Source: Candidatus Latescibacterota bacterium (GTDB lineage: Bacteria > Latescibacterota > UBA2968 > GCA-2709665). Taken from it: a stretch of 64,000 nucleotides of DNA. Location: NCBI GenBank assembly GCA_965116875.1, contig OZ220733.1:608001-672000 (forward strand). The letters run 5' to 3'. Position 1 is the stretch's first letter. The number at the start of each line of letters is the position of its first letter. A program made the translations under genes and the position numbers. The notes beneath the pieces are model-generated. The model saw only the letters and a list, made by a program, of their open reading frames with translations, was not told the origin of the DNA and did no database searches. Below are positions 38,543 to 46,483 of this stretch, one piece after another.

Positions 38543-38758
38543 TCAAGACCCGCCTCCCGAGCCCCGGCGATTCAGCTTTTCATCGATCGCGATCATGATT
38601 TCCTGGATATCGGTCAGCCTCCTGTCAAGGTCGTCCAGTCGGGCATTCAGGCGCTCCTCGACCTTGCCGGGGACGGTACCCTTTGTCTGCCGCTCGACGT
38701 ATTTGAGGACCGCCACGGCCAGGACGATCAGCGCAACGCCAATACCGACTTCAAACAT
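38543..38758 (-). CDS. small single-TM + coiled-coil protein (PspB-like)
   Basis: MFEVGIGVALIVLAVAVLKY...ARLDDLDRRLTDIQEIMIAIDEKL. GGAGG RBS. Confidence 0.72.
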   Translation of the reverse strand: MFEVGIGVALIVLAVAVLKYVERQTKGTVPGKVEERLNARLDDLDRRLTDIQEIMIAIDEKLNRRGSGGGS

Positions 38759-38784
38759 GACATCCCTCCGTTCATTTAAAGAAA

Positions 38785-39426
38785 TCAAAGGTCATCCACC
38801 GGTTTCGCCCGGTATTTTTCGGATCCGCGTTCAATTTCGGGAAAGTGATACACAACAAGACCGGACTCGGACACCCGCACCTCGGCGCTGCCGCCGACGG
38901 CCAATTCACGAAGGATCTCTTCCGCCACTCCCACGGTCATCCTCCCGTCGGTAGCCGCCTCCACAACGGTAAGGCTGCCGCCCTTTTCGCGGGCAAGCCT
39001 GAGCAGACGGTGTTGGTATTGCGCGTACCGCTTGTTCTCGGCCGAGACGTGGACCTTGCGTCCGGTCAGCCAGAAAACCAGCGCGAGAGCGACAACGGCA
39101 ATGCCCATGAAAAAGTCAACCGGGCTCAGGATGAAACCGGATGTCCGGAAGCCGGAAAAGATCATGCCCGCCAGGCCACCGAAAACGAACACAATTGCTG
39201 TACCTTTCAGCATGAACGCGAAGGCGTATCGCATAGCGCAACTCCCGTCAGTAGCCAGGTCAGAGAATCGGAAGGACAGCCGACGCGACCGCGGGTAACG
39301 AACCGGTCCCGGCTCTTGCCGCACGGGCCGAGTCACCTTGAAATCACGCCACGCATCTGTTGCGTCGCGCATCGTCCTGTCGATCTCGTACGCGATTTCG
39401 TCCAGGATTTTTCGAAATTCACGCAT
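38785..39426 (-). CDS. 2-TM membrane protein with C-terminal winged-helix-like domain
   Basis: Two TMs, then LLRLAREKGGSLTVVEAA...MTVGVAEEILREL...EVRVSESGLVVYHFPE. Overlaps the pspA end by 8 bp. Confidence 0.75.
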   Translation of the reverse strand: MREFRKILDEIAYEIDRTMRDATDAWRDFKVTRPVRQEPGPVRYPRSRRLSFRFSDLATDGSCAMRYAFAFMLKGTAIVFVFGGLAGMIFSGFRTSGFILSPVDFFMGIAVVALALVFWLTGRKVHVSAENKRYAQYQHRLLRLAREKGGSLTVVEAATDGRMTVGVAEEILRELAVGGSAEVRVSESGLVVYHFPEIERGSEKYRAKPVDDL

Positions 39427-40096
39427 CGGATTTACGCAGTTTGTTCTTCAGCGCCTCGAGTTCGTCTTCCACCGTGTTCCGTCGCTCCAGTTTTTCGAAA
39501 CTGTCGTCGAGCGAGGGGTCTTCACCCACGATTTCCGCGTGCGCGGAAGCCTCAGCTTCTTCATTCTCAACCCGGCTCCGAAAGCGTTCAAAGCTGGAAA
39601 AGGCGTCGTCGCCAACGCCCGAGAGGCCCTGGGCGATCTGCTTCCGCGCCTGGGCGGCGCGTCGCCGTGCGATGAGGGCGCCCTGGCGGGTGCGTGCCTC
39701 GTCCAGTTTGGATTTGAGCTGCCCAAGCTGTTTCTTGAGCTGATTGGAGGTCTTATGGCTCTCGTCGAATGCGACTTCCAGGTCCACGGCGGCTTTTTCC
39801 AGCGTGGCCTTGCGTTCCAGCGCGCGCCGGGCGAGGTCGTCTTCGCCGGATTCCACCGCCAGTTCGGCCTTCTTCTGCCAGGCTTCGATCTGGTCGGTCT
39901 TGTCCAGCAGTTGACGCTCCAGGCGTTTCTCGTTGGCCACGGCGGTCCCCACCGATGCCGTCGCCTTGTTAACGGCCTCCTCCATTTCGAGGATCATCTG
40001 CCGGATCATCTTCTCCGGATCTTCCGCGCGATTCAGCAGGTCGTTTATGTTGGCCTTGATGATGTCAGCCATTCTGGAGAAAATCCCTTTGGCCAT
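39419..40096 (-). CDS. pspA: phage shock protein A / IM30 family
   Basis: GIFSRMADIIKANINDLLNRAEDPEKMIRQMILEMEE...EDDLARRALERK...VEDELEALK. AAAGGAG RBS. Confidence 0.95.
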   Translation of the reverse strand: MAKGIFSRMADIIKANINDLLNRAEDPEKMIRQMILEMEEAVNKATASVGTAVANEKRLERQLLDKTDQIEAWQKKAELAVESGEDDLARRALERKATLEKAAVDLEVAFDESHKTSNQLKKQLGQLKSKLDEARTRQGALIARRRAAQARKQIAQGLSGVGDDAFSSFERFRSRVENEEAEASAHAEIVGEDPSLDDSFEKLERRNTVEDELEALKNKLRKSDA

Positions 40097-40186
40097 GGTC
40101 GTACTCCTTTCTCTTGCGGGCCGGTAGCCCGCCACGGTTAAAAGATCCAACTCAGACATTTATCCAACGTTCTGCCAACGACATAT

Positions 40187-40202
40187 TGCAAGGGCCGTGC
40201 CC
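40187..40202 (-). promoter_or_regulatory. sigma54 (-24/-12) promoter of the pspA operon
   Basis: Minus strand reads GGGCACGGCCCTTGCA, i.e. GG-N10-GC, matching consensus TGGCAC-N5-TTGCW. Confidence 0.85.
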
Positions 40203-40286
40203 GTATGACAAAATGCCGTCGAATTATATAAATAACTGTTATTTTTTAAGTTATATTTCAAGCAGATGGATGACTGTCAATGGTTG

Positions 40287-40324
40287 TTGGTGAAATACAC
40301 CGTACGCAAGGCGAAAACAACCGA
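40287..40324. promoter_or_regulatory. tandem upstream activator sequences (bEBP/PspF-type enhancer)
   Basis: GGTG-AAATA-CACC (40289-301) and GGCG-AAAAC-AACC (40310-322), 21 bp apart, about 110-145 bp upstream of the predicted +1 and separated from the promoter by an AT-rich tract. Confidence 0.6.
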
Positions 40325-40365
40325 TTTGGAATGTCAACGGACGTTCCTTTACTGCCGGAGCCGAC

Positions 40366-40394
40366 TTGTCTTTTGCGGACAAATGGCGTAAAAT
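40366..40394 (+). promoter_or_regulatory. putative sigma70 promoter for the amidase
   Basis: TTGTCT-N17-TAAAAT. Confidence 0.5.
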
Positions 40395-40465
40395 CTGGAG
40401 TGTTCTCTCGGGAAAGACGGGCAGGTGCGCCCTTCGGTCAACTCATGCTTTCGCGGATTACGACA

Positions 40466-41590
40466 ATGATGTACAAACTTCGATTCTTGCGTTTTCTGAG
40501 CGCCGGGCTCTGCGCGGTCTTACTGCTGTCAACGCCGCTCGCGGGGCTCTCGTTGTTCTACACGGTCCGGAAGGGCGACTCCCTGTGGTCGATTGCCATG
40601 CGACACAATACAAGCGCCAGCGCCATCAAGCGGATCAACAAGCTCCGGACCAACAGAGTCTACCCGGGTCAGGTACTTCGTCTGACGCCACGGATTGCCA
40701 AATACAGCGCGCCGAACGGTCCATACTACTGGCAAAAGCCGAAGGCAAGCAGGCAAAGGCATCGCAACTATTCCGAAAGGGCGCGAACCTCCCCGAGGCT
40801 GGATTATCGACGCGCCCGGATCCTGTTGCGCGCCTTCGACAACGAGATTCTTGCCAAGGCGCCCGGAAAGAGAAGGAAACCACTGAAGGGATGGCGAATC
40901 GTACTCGACCCCGGGCACGGCGGGATCGATCCGGGCGCCATCGTCTCCAATATGACGGGCCAGAAAGAGCGGGTTTACGTGGTCGAAGACGAGTATGTGT
41001 ACGACATTGCATTGCGAATGTACAAGGAACTCAGGCTGCTCGGCGCGGAGGTGACTTTGACGGTGATCAGCCCCAATCACCTGATCCGGGATAACCTGCC
41101 GGCCAAAACGACGTTCGTCCACGAAAAGAACGAGGTCTACAACGATGAGCGGTACAACCGGAGGAATTCGGAAAAGGTACGGCCCAGGAGCGCCAATCTT
41201 TCACAACGGGTCCGGGTGACGAACCGCTTCGTAAAAAAAGCGCGGGGGGGCAGGAGTCTGTTTGTTTCGCTGCACGCGGATAACACCCCCGGGCGCCCGA
41301 GGGGTCCGCTGGTAATCTATCACAAACGGCGGGGCAGGATTGACAGGCGTTCCCGGTCGTTCGCCCGCGTCATGCGTTCGGCGCTTCACCAGCCGGACCT
41401 GCCCGCGCAGGAACGGGGGCGGAACCTCGCGGTATTGCGGAACAATCTGGCCCACGCCGAAATTCTCGTTGAAATTCACAACGTCCACTACCAGCACGAT
41501 GCCTATCAGATCCGGTTTCACAAGGACCGGCAACGCCACGCGAAAAAAATCGTCAACGGCATTCTTGCGTACGCGAGGACACGGCGATAA
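40466..41590 (+). CDS. LysM + N-acetylmuramoyl-L-alanine amidase (Amidase_3)
   Basis: Signal peptide; LysM YTVRKGDSLWSIA...YPGQVL; IVLDPGHGGIDPGA, FVSLHAD, NLAVLR and ILVE. Confidence 0.9.
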   Translation: MMYKLRFLRFLSAGLCAVLLLSTPLAGLSLFYTVRKGDSLWSIAMRHNTSASAIKRINKLRTNRVYPGQVLRLTPRIAKYSAPNGPYYWQKPKASRQRHRNYSERARTSPRLDYRRARILLRAFDNEILAKAPGKRRKPLKGWRIVLDPGHGGIDPGAIVSNMTGQKERVYVVEDEYVYDIALRMYKELRLLGAEVTLTVISPNHLIRDNLPAKTTFVHEKNEVYNDERYNRRNSEKVRPRSANLSQRVRVTNRFVKKARGGRSLFVSLHADNTPGRPRGPLVIYHKRRGRIDRRSRSFARVMRSALHQPDLPAQERGRNLAVLRNNLAHAEILVEIHNVHYQHDAYQIRFHKDRQRHAKKIVNGILAYARTRR

Positions 41591-41681
41591 ACTCCAGGAG
41601 CCGGATCGACTTCCGGGCTTACCGCTGCTTGCTCTCACTGCCGTACATGCCAGCCGCGGCTGGAAAGCCGTGGCCTTTCAA

Positions 41682-44126
41682 CTACCGCATGAATCCCCTG
41701 ATCCGTAGCGAATTCGAGATGACCGAGACGGAACTCAGCGCCATGGCGCCGGCCGCCACCATCGGTCCGCCGAGGGGGTTGAGCAGGCCGAAAGCCGCCA
41801 CCGGAATCAGCAGGACGTTGTAGGCGAACGCCCAGAAAAGGTTCTGGCGGATCGTGCGCATCGTCCGCCCGGAAAGGCGAATCGCCGTCTCGATTCCGGT
41901 AAGGCTGCCGGACATCAGGGTGATGTCCGCGCTTTCCATCGCAACGGCCGTCCCGGTGCCGATGGCAATGCCAACGTCGGCGGTCGCCAGCGCCGGCGCG
42001 TCGTTGACGCCGTCTCCAACCATGGCCACGCAGTGCCGCCCGTCCTGCAATTCCGCGATTCGGGCGGCTTTCTCATTGGGCATGACCCCGGCGATCACCC
42101 GGGGGATGTCGGCCTGTTCCGCGACGGCGACCGCGGTTCTCGCGTTGTCTCCCGTCAGGAGGATAACGGTCAGGTCCAATGACTTGAGATCTGCGACCGC
42201 GCGGACCGCATCCGGCCTCAGTACGTCAGCCACGCCGATGAGGCCTTCCAGCCGGTCGTCGACGGCGACGAAAAGGACGGTCTTACCGCCGGCTTCCAGA
42301 CGAACCGCCCTCTCATCCAGGTCGCCAGGCATGACAGCCTGGCTTTCCACCAACCGCCGGTTGCCCAGCAGAACCGTGCGGCCGGCCTTTTTTGCGCGTA
42401 CTCCCTGCCCGGGCAGTGCTTCGAATTCCAGGGGTTCTTCAACGGGCAGTTTCCGTTCCCGCGCCGCGTTCCGGATGGCTTCTCCGAGGGGGTGCTCGGA
42501 GCCCTGTTCGACAAACGCGGCCAACTCGAGCAGATCCAGTTCCGAGCATGTACCTGTCGTGACGAGATCCGTAACCGCGGGTCTTCCCGTTGTGAGGGTG
42601 CCGGTCTTGTCCAGGACGATCGTGTCGAGGCGATGGGCGGATTCCAGGACCGAACCACCCTTGATGAGGACACCCAGTTCCGCCGCCCGACCCGTGCCGA
42701 CCAGGATGGCCGTGGGCGTGGCCAGGCCCAGCGCGCACGGACAGGCGATAATGAGGACGGCAACGGCGTTCAGCAGCGCGTGGGAGGCGGCGGATCCGGA
42801 ACCGGCGAACCACCACAGGGCGAACGTGAGCAGGGCGATGCCGAAAACGACCGGCACAAAGACCCCGGCAACCCGGTCTGCGATCCGCTGAACGGGCGCG
42901 CGCGAGCCCTGGGCACGACGAACCATCCGAACGATCCGGGCGTGCACCGTTTCGGCGCCGACCTGCGTGGCGCGGAAGGTGAAACTCCCGGTCTTGTTGA
43001 GCGTTGCCCCCAGTACCCGGCTCCGGCTGGCTTTTTCAACGGGCATGCTCTCTCCCGTAATCACGGATTCGTCCACGCTCGACTGCCCCTCCTGCACGAC
43101 GCCGTCCACGGGGATTCTGTCGCCCGGCCGAATACGAATGAGGTCGCCCACGGCGACGTCCTCTACAGGAACCAGCGTTTCCTCGCCGTTTCCAAGGACA
43201 CACGCCGTCTCGGGACGGAGATCCATCAACGCACGGATGGCGCCGGCGGCACGGCCGCGGGACCGGAGCTCCAGCAGCCGGCCCAGGAGGATGAGGGTGA
43301 TGATCATAGCGGACGTGTCAAAGTAGACACTGACGGGCTCGCCGGGCACGGTAACCGACCGGGGGGAAAAAACACCCGCGACGCTGTAGCCGTAGGCCGC
43401 CAGCGTCCCGACGGCAATCAGGCTGTTCATGTCGGCGGTCCTGTGCCGCAGGCCGATCCAGAACCCTCTCAAAAAGCGCCAGCCGCACCAGAATTGCACG
43501 GGAGTTGCCAGGAGGAAGAGCAGAAGGTGGACCCGCGGGATCGGGTACGGCGCTCCCAGCGGCTCGTGCAGCATACCCGCGCCCATGATCAACGTTGAAA
43601 GCACCGCGGCAACGATGAATCGCAGTCGAACCGAGCGACGCTCCGATCGTTCTTCCCTCCGTTCTCCTTCGTCCACGGCCGCGTCCTGCTTCACGACCGT
43701 TGCGCCGTACCCTGCATGGATTACCGCGCGCGTCAGAGTGGAATCGGGGACTGCGAAATGGCGCACCGTGGCGTGACGGGCCGCGAAGTTGACCTCGCTG
43801 TCCACGACGCCGGGAACCCCTGTTAACGCGTTCTCAATTGCCGACACGCAAGCGGCGCAGTTCATGTCGCCCAGGGCAAGTCTTGTCTCTTCGGTGCGTA
43901 TCCCGTACCCAAGACTTTCGATTTCACGAATCACCCGCTTCGTGCCGGACACGCCGTCACTGAGTTGCACGGTGGCATCTTCCGTGGCGAAGTTGACGGA
44001 CGCTTCGCCTACACCCGGGGTTGTTCGCAATCCCTCCTGAATGCGGGCGGCGCAGGCAGCGCAGCTCATCCCGGTAACGGGTACGGTCAGGCTGATGGCT
44101 CCGCTCGACTCCGGTTTTCGGGACAT
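41682..44126 (-). CDS. copA: copper-translocating P1B-type ATPase
   Basis: Two HMA domains (GMSCAAC, DMNCAAC), [32 protein letters not shown] and MALSS. Confidence 0.93.
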   Translation of the reverse strand: MSRKPESSGAISLTVPVTGMSCAACAARIQEGLRTTPGVGEASVNFATEDATVQLSDGVSGTKRVIREIESLGYGIRTEETRLALGDMNCAACVSAIENALTGVPGVVDSEVNFAARHATVRHFAVPDSTLTRAVIHAGYGATVVKQDAAVDEGERREERSERRSVRLRFIVAAVLSTLIMGAGMLHEPLGAPYPIPRVHLLLFLLATPVQFWCGWRFLRGFWIGLRHRTADMNSLIAVGTLAAYGYSVAGVFSPRSVTVPGEPVSVYFDTSAMIITLILLGRLLELRSRGRAAGAIRALMDLRPETACVLGNGEETLVPVEDVAVGDLIRIRPGDRIPVDGVVQEGQSSVDESVITGESMPVEKASRSRVLGATLNKTGSFTFRATQVGAETVHARIVRMVRRAQGSRAPVQRIADRVAGVFVPVVFGIALLTFALWWFAGSGSAASHALLNAVAVLIIACPCALGLATPTAILVGTGRAAELGVLIKGGSVLESAHRLDTIVLDKTGTLTTGRPAVTDLVTTGTCSELDLLELAAFVEQGSEHPLGEAIRNAARERKLPVEEPLEFEALPGQGVRAKKAGRTVLLGNRRLVESQAVMPGDLDERAVRLEAGGKTVLFVAVDDRLEGLIGVADVLRPDAVRAVADLKSLDLTVILLTGDNARTAVAVAEQADIPRVIAGVMPNEKAARIAELQDGRHCVAMVGDGVNDAPALATADVGIAIGTGTAVAMESADITLMSGSLTGIETAIRLSGRTMRTIRQNLFWAFAYNVLLIPVAAFGLLNPLGGPMVAAGAMALSSVSVISNSLRIRGFMR

Positions 44127-44205
44127 GGGTTTCGTTCCGCTTCCTTCCACGTAGCCGCAACTCGACTGACAAGGTTCAGATCATCATCCAGAGAGTACGT
44201 GAAAC

Positions 44206-45207
44206 TCAGAAATGCTCGAAGCCGCGCGCAGCCAGCTCCGACCTCTCGCCCCACGCATTCTCGATAAAGACGCGCTCGTCACCCGTTACGATCCGCCCGA
44301 TGCAGGAAATACCCGACCGGGCGGCGAGCGATTCTACGTTTTCTCTTCTCCCGTGCGCCACCGTAAACAGCAATTCATAGTCCTCACCGCCCGATATTTC
44401 CAGGTTTCCGGCGCAGGCATCCAAATGCTCGCTAAATCGTCTGAACGCAGGTGAAACGGGTATTGTCGTCCCGTCGATCACCGCGGAAACCCCGCTTTGC
44501 CTGCAGATATGCCGCAGGTCCGAAGCCAACCCATCCGAGAGATCCAACATCGCCGTAACGGCGCCGGTTGCCGCCAACCCTCGCCCCAACGCCACCCTGG
44601 GCTCCGGCCGGTGGTGCCTGCAAAGCAGAAACTCGCGGTCCTCTTCAGAAAGCGCGACGGCTTCGCCCAGCGCCAGCTTCAAGCCTGCCGCGGAATCCCC
44701 GAGCGTGCCCGACACGTAGATCAGATCGCCGGGGATTGCGCCGGAACGGTAGCACACCCGCTTCCGATCCATTTCGCCCGTGAGCGTCAGATTCATGACC
44801 AGCGGCCCGGGACTTCGCGTTGTGTCGCCTCCAACGACGTTTACGCCAAAACCGGACGCCAGGTCACGCAATCCTCGATAGACGCGCTCCATAAACCCAA
44901 CGTCCAGATCCGATGGAATCGCCAACGAAACCACTGCCTCGCGAGGCTCCCCGCCCATCGCCGCGATGTCCGAAAGGTTCACTGCAAGCAGCTTGTGACC
45001 CAACCAACATGGATCGGAACCCTCGACTGCGAAATGCACGCCTTCCACCATCAAGTCCGACGTGATAAGCCGCACACGGTCGTTTTCGCTCGCCAATACG
45101 GCGCAATCATCCCCGATCCCGCAACACACGTCGACGGCCCGGGGCAATCCGGCCGCCCCAATCCGCTCGATAAAGCCGAATTCTCCTATCTCCCGGAACG
45201 TCGCCAC
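44206..45207 (-). CDS. thiL: thiamine-monophosphate kinase
   Basis: IGEFGFIERI, GIGDDCA, NLSDIAAMG, GGDTT, DLSDGL and GGEDYEL. GGAG RBS before GTG 45207. Confidence 0.95.
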   Translation of the reverse strand: MATFREIGEFGFIERIGAAGLPRAVDVCCGIGDDCAVLASENDRVRLITSDLMVEGVHFAVEGSDPCWLGHKLLAVNLSDIAAMGGEPREAVVSLAIPSDLDVGFMERVYRGLRDLASGFGVNVVGGDTTRSPGPLVMNLTLTGEMDRKRVCYRSGAIPGDLIYVSGTLGDSAAGLKLALGEAVALSEEDREFLLCRHHRPEPRVALGRGLAATGAVTAMLDLSDGLASDLRHICRQSGVSAVIDGTTIPVSPAFRRFSEHLDACAGNLEISGGEDYELLFTVAHGRRENVESLAARSGISCIGRIVTGDERVFIENAWGERSELAARGFEHF

Positions 45208-45224
45208 GGGGTTCTCCACCGTAG

Positions 45225-45385
45225 GAAGTTGTTTTAAAATTCCCGGTGAGTCCAGAGCGCGAGCGAAAATGGGTCGGTCAAGGCGGGCAAAGGCACCCAT
45301 ATTTGGGTATACGGGTGCTTTTGACCAACGCAGACAGACGCTCTTGCAGCCGCGCGAAGACCACTGGGGGTTTTAAGACGGCTTC
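45225..45385. mobile_element. MITE-like element, family A, copy 2 (inverted relative to copy 1)
   Basis: Terminal inverted repeats GAAGTTGTTTTAAAATTCCC ... GGGGGTTTTAAGACGGCTTC; homologous to 2232..2417. Confidence 0.75.
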
Positions 45386-45446
45386 TAAAAGGCAGTCCGC
45401 TCGAGTTGCCGGCAGGGGCCAGGAATGGCTCGAATTCCGTCGAACG

Positions 45447-46214
45447 CTACGCCGGCCGTTCACGCCGCCGCTGCCAGGCGACGACCTCCGCATAGGGCAC
45501 GTCGCCGCCGAATATATCCAGCGCGCTGCCGATCGTCAGTCCCACGCGCCCCTTCCCCAGTTCCTCCACGCGATCCAGATCTTCAAGGCTCTGCGCACCG
45601 CCGGCGTACGTCACGTCAATCGGCGACTCGGCGCCCAGCAGTTCCACCAGGGAGTCCTCGATCCCCTGCCGTTTGCCCTCTGCGTCCACCCCGTGTACGA
45701 GGAACCCGTCGCAGAACTCCGAAAGACGGTTCAACGTGGCTCCGTCCACCCGGACGCGGGTGAAACGCTGCCACAAATCGGTCACGACCAGATACGCGCG
45801 GCCTCGACGCCGGCAGCTCAGGTCCAGCACCAGCCGGTTCCGACCGACAGCGCGTACCATCCTGTCCAGCCGATCGGTGTCTACGCGCCCGTCCCGAAAC
45901 ACGTACGAGGTGACGATGACGTGGCTGGCGCCGGCATCCAGATATCGTCGCGCGTTTTCCGGACGGATGCCCCCGCCTACCTGAAGCCCGCCGGGAAAGG
46001 CGGATAACGCGGACAGCGCGGCCGACTCATTGCCCGGTCCCAGCATGACAACGTGTCCTCCCGGCAGATTGTCCGCTCTGTAAATCTTCGCGTAATCGGC
46101 CGCGGACCGGCCTGTCTCGAAGTTCGTCGCCGGTTCGGCGCCACCGCGCAACGATCCGCCCACGATTTGTACCACGCGCCCGCCGCGCAGATCGATACAG
46201 GGCCTGAAATTCAC
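45447..46214 (-). CDS. hisA: ProFAR isomerase, His6/eukaryotic-type HisA
   Basis: FRPCIDL..GRVVQIVGGSL, GGHVVMLG, LQVGGGI, GASHVIVTSYVF, LVLDLSCRR and TIGSALDIFGG. Confidence 0.92.
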   Translation of the reverse strand: MNFRPCIDLRGGRVVQIVGGSLRGGAEPATNFETGRSAADYAKIYRADNLPGGHVVMLGPGNESAALSALSAFPGGLQVGGGIRPENARRYLDAGASHVIVTSYVFRDGRVDTDRLDRMVRAVGRNRLVLDLSCRRRGRAYLVVTDLWQRFTRVRVDGATLNRLSEFCDGFLVHGVDAEGKRQGIEDSLVELLGAESPIDVTYAGGAQSLEDLDRVEELGKGRVGLTIGSALDIFGGDVPYAEVVAWQRRRERPA

Positions 46215-46392
46215 AGAAGCTCCAGGTGTCCGGGAGAGAGTCAGGACGTTTCGCCACGCCAGGCACGGCGCTGCAACCACTCATTTCACAGACGTAGTCA
46301 CGCCGAATCCGATAATTTCGGCCGGCAAACGAACGCCACAATATAACGTACTATAACCACCACTTCAACCCCGGCCCCTCCGAGACATGTAC

Positions 46393-46422
46393 AAGAAAAC
46401 GCCGGAGGGTCGCGCCTCCGGC
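46393..46422 (-). terminator. rho-independent terminator after the RND gene
   Basis: Minus strand GCCGGAGG-cgcgac-CCTCCGGC followed by GTTTTCTT. Confidence 0.7.
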
Positions 46423-46483
46423 CTGGTGTTCTGATAATCAGGCGCCGGCCCCGGATGAAAACCTGGCCGGTGCGCCCGTTCGA

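Noticed and set aside
40220-40262. Explicit IHF site in the pspA promoter
   Set aside because: The tract is AT-rich but has no clean WATCAA-N4-TTR match, so it is kept only as a possible bending region.
45225-45385. TPP riboswitch upstream of thiL
   Set aside because: There is no CTGAGA/ACCTG TPP core, and the sequence is explained by the family A repeat that also occurs at 2232.
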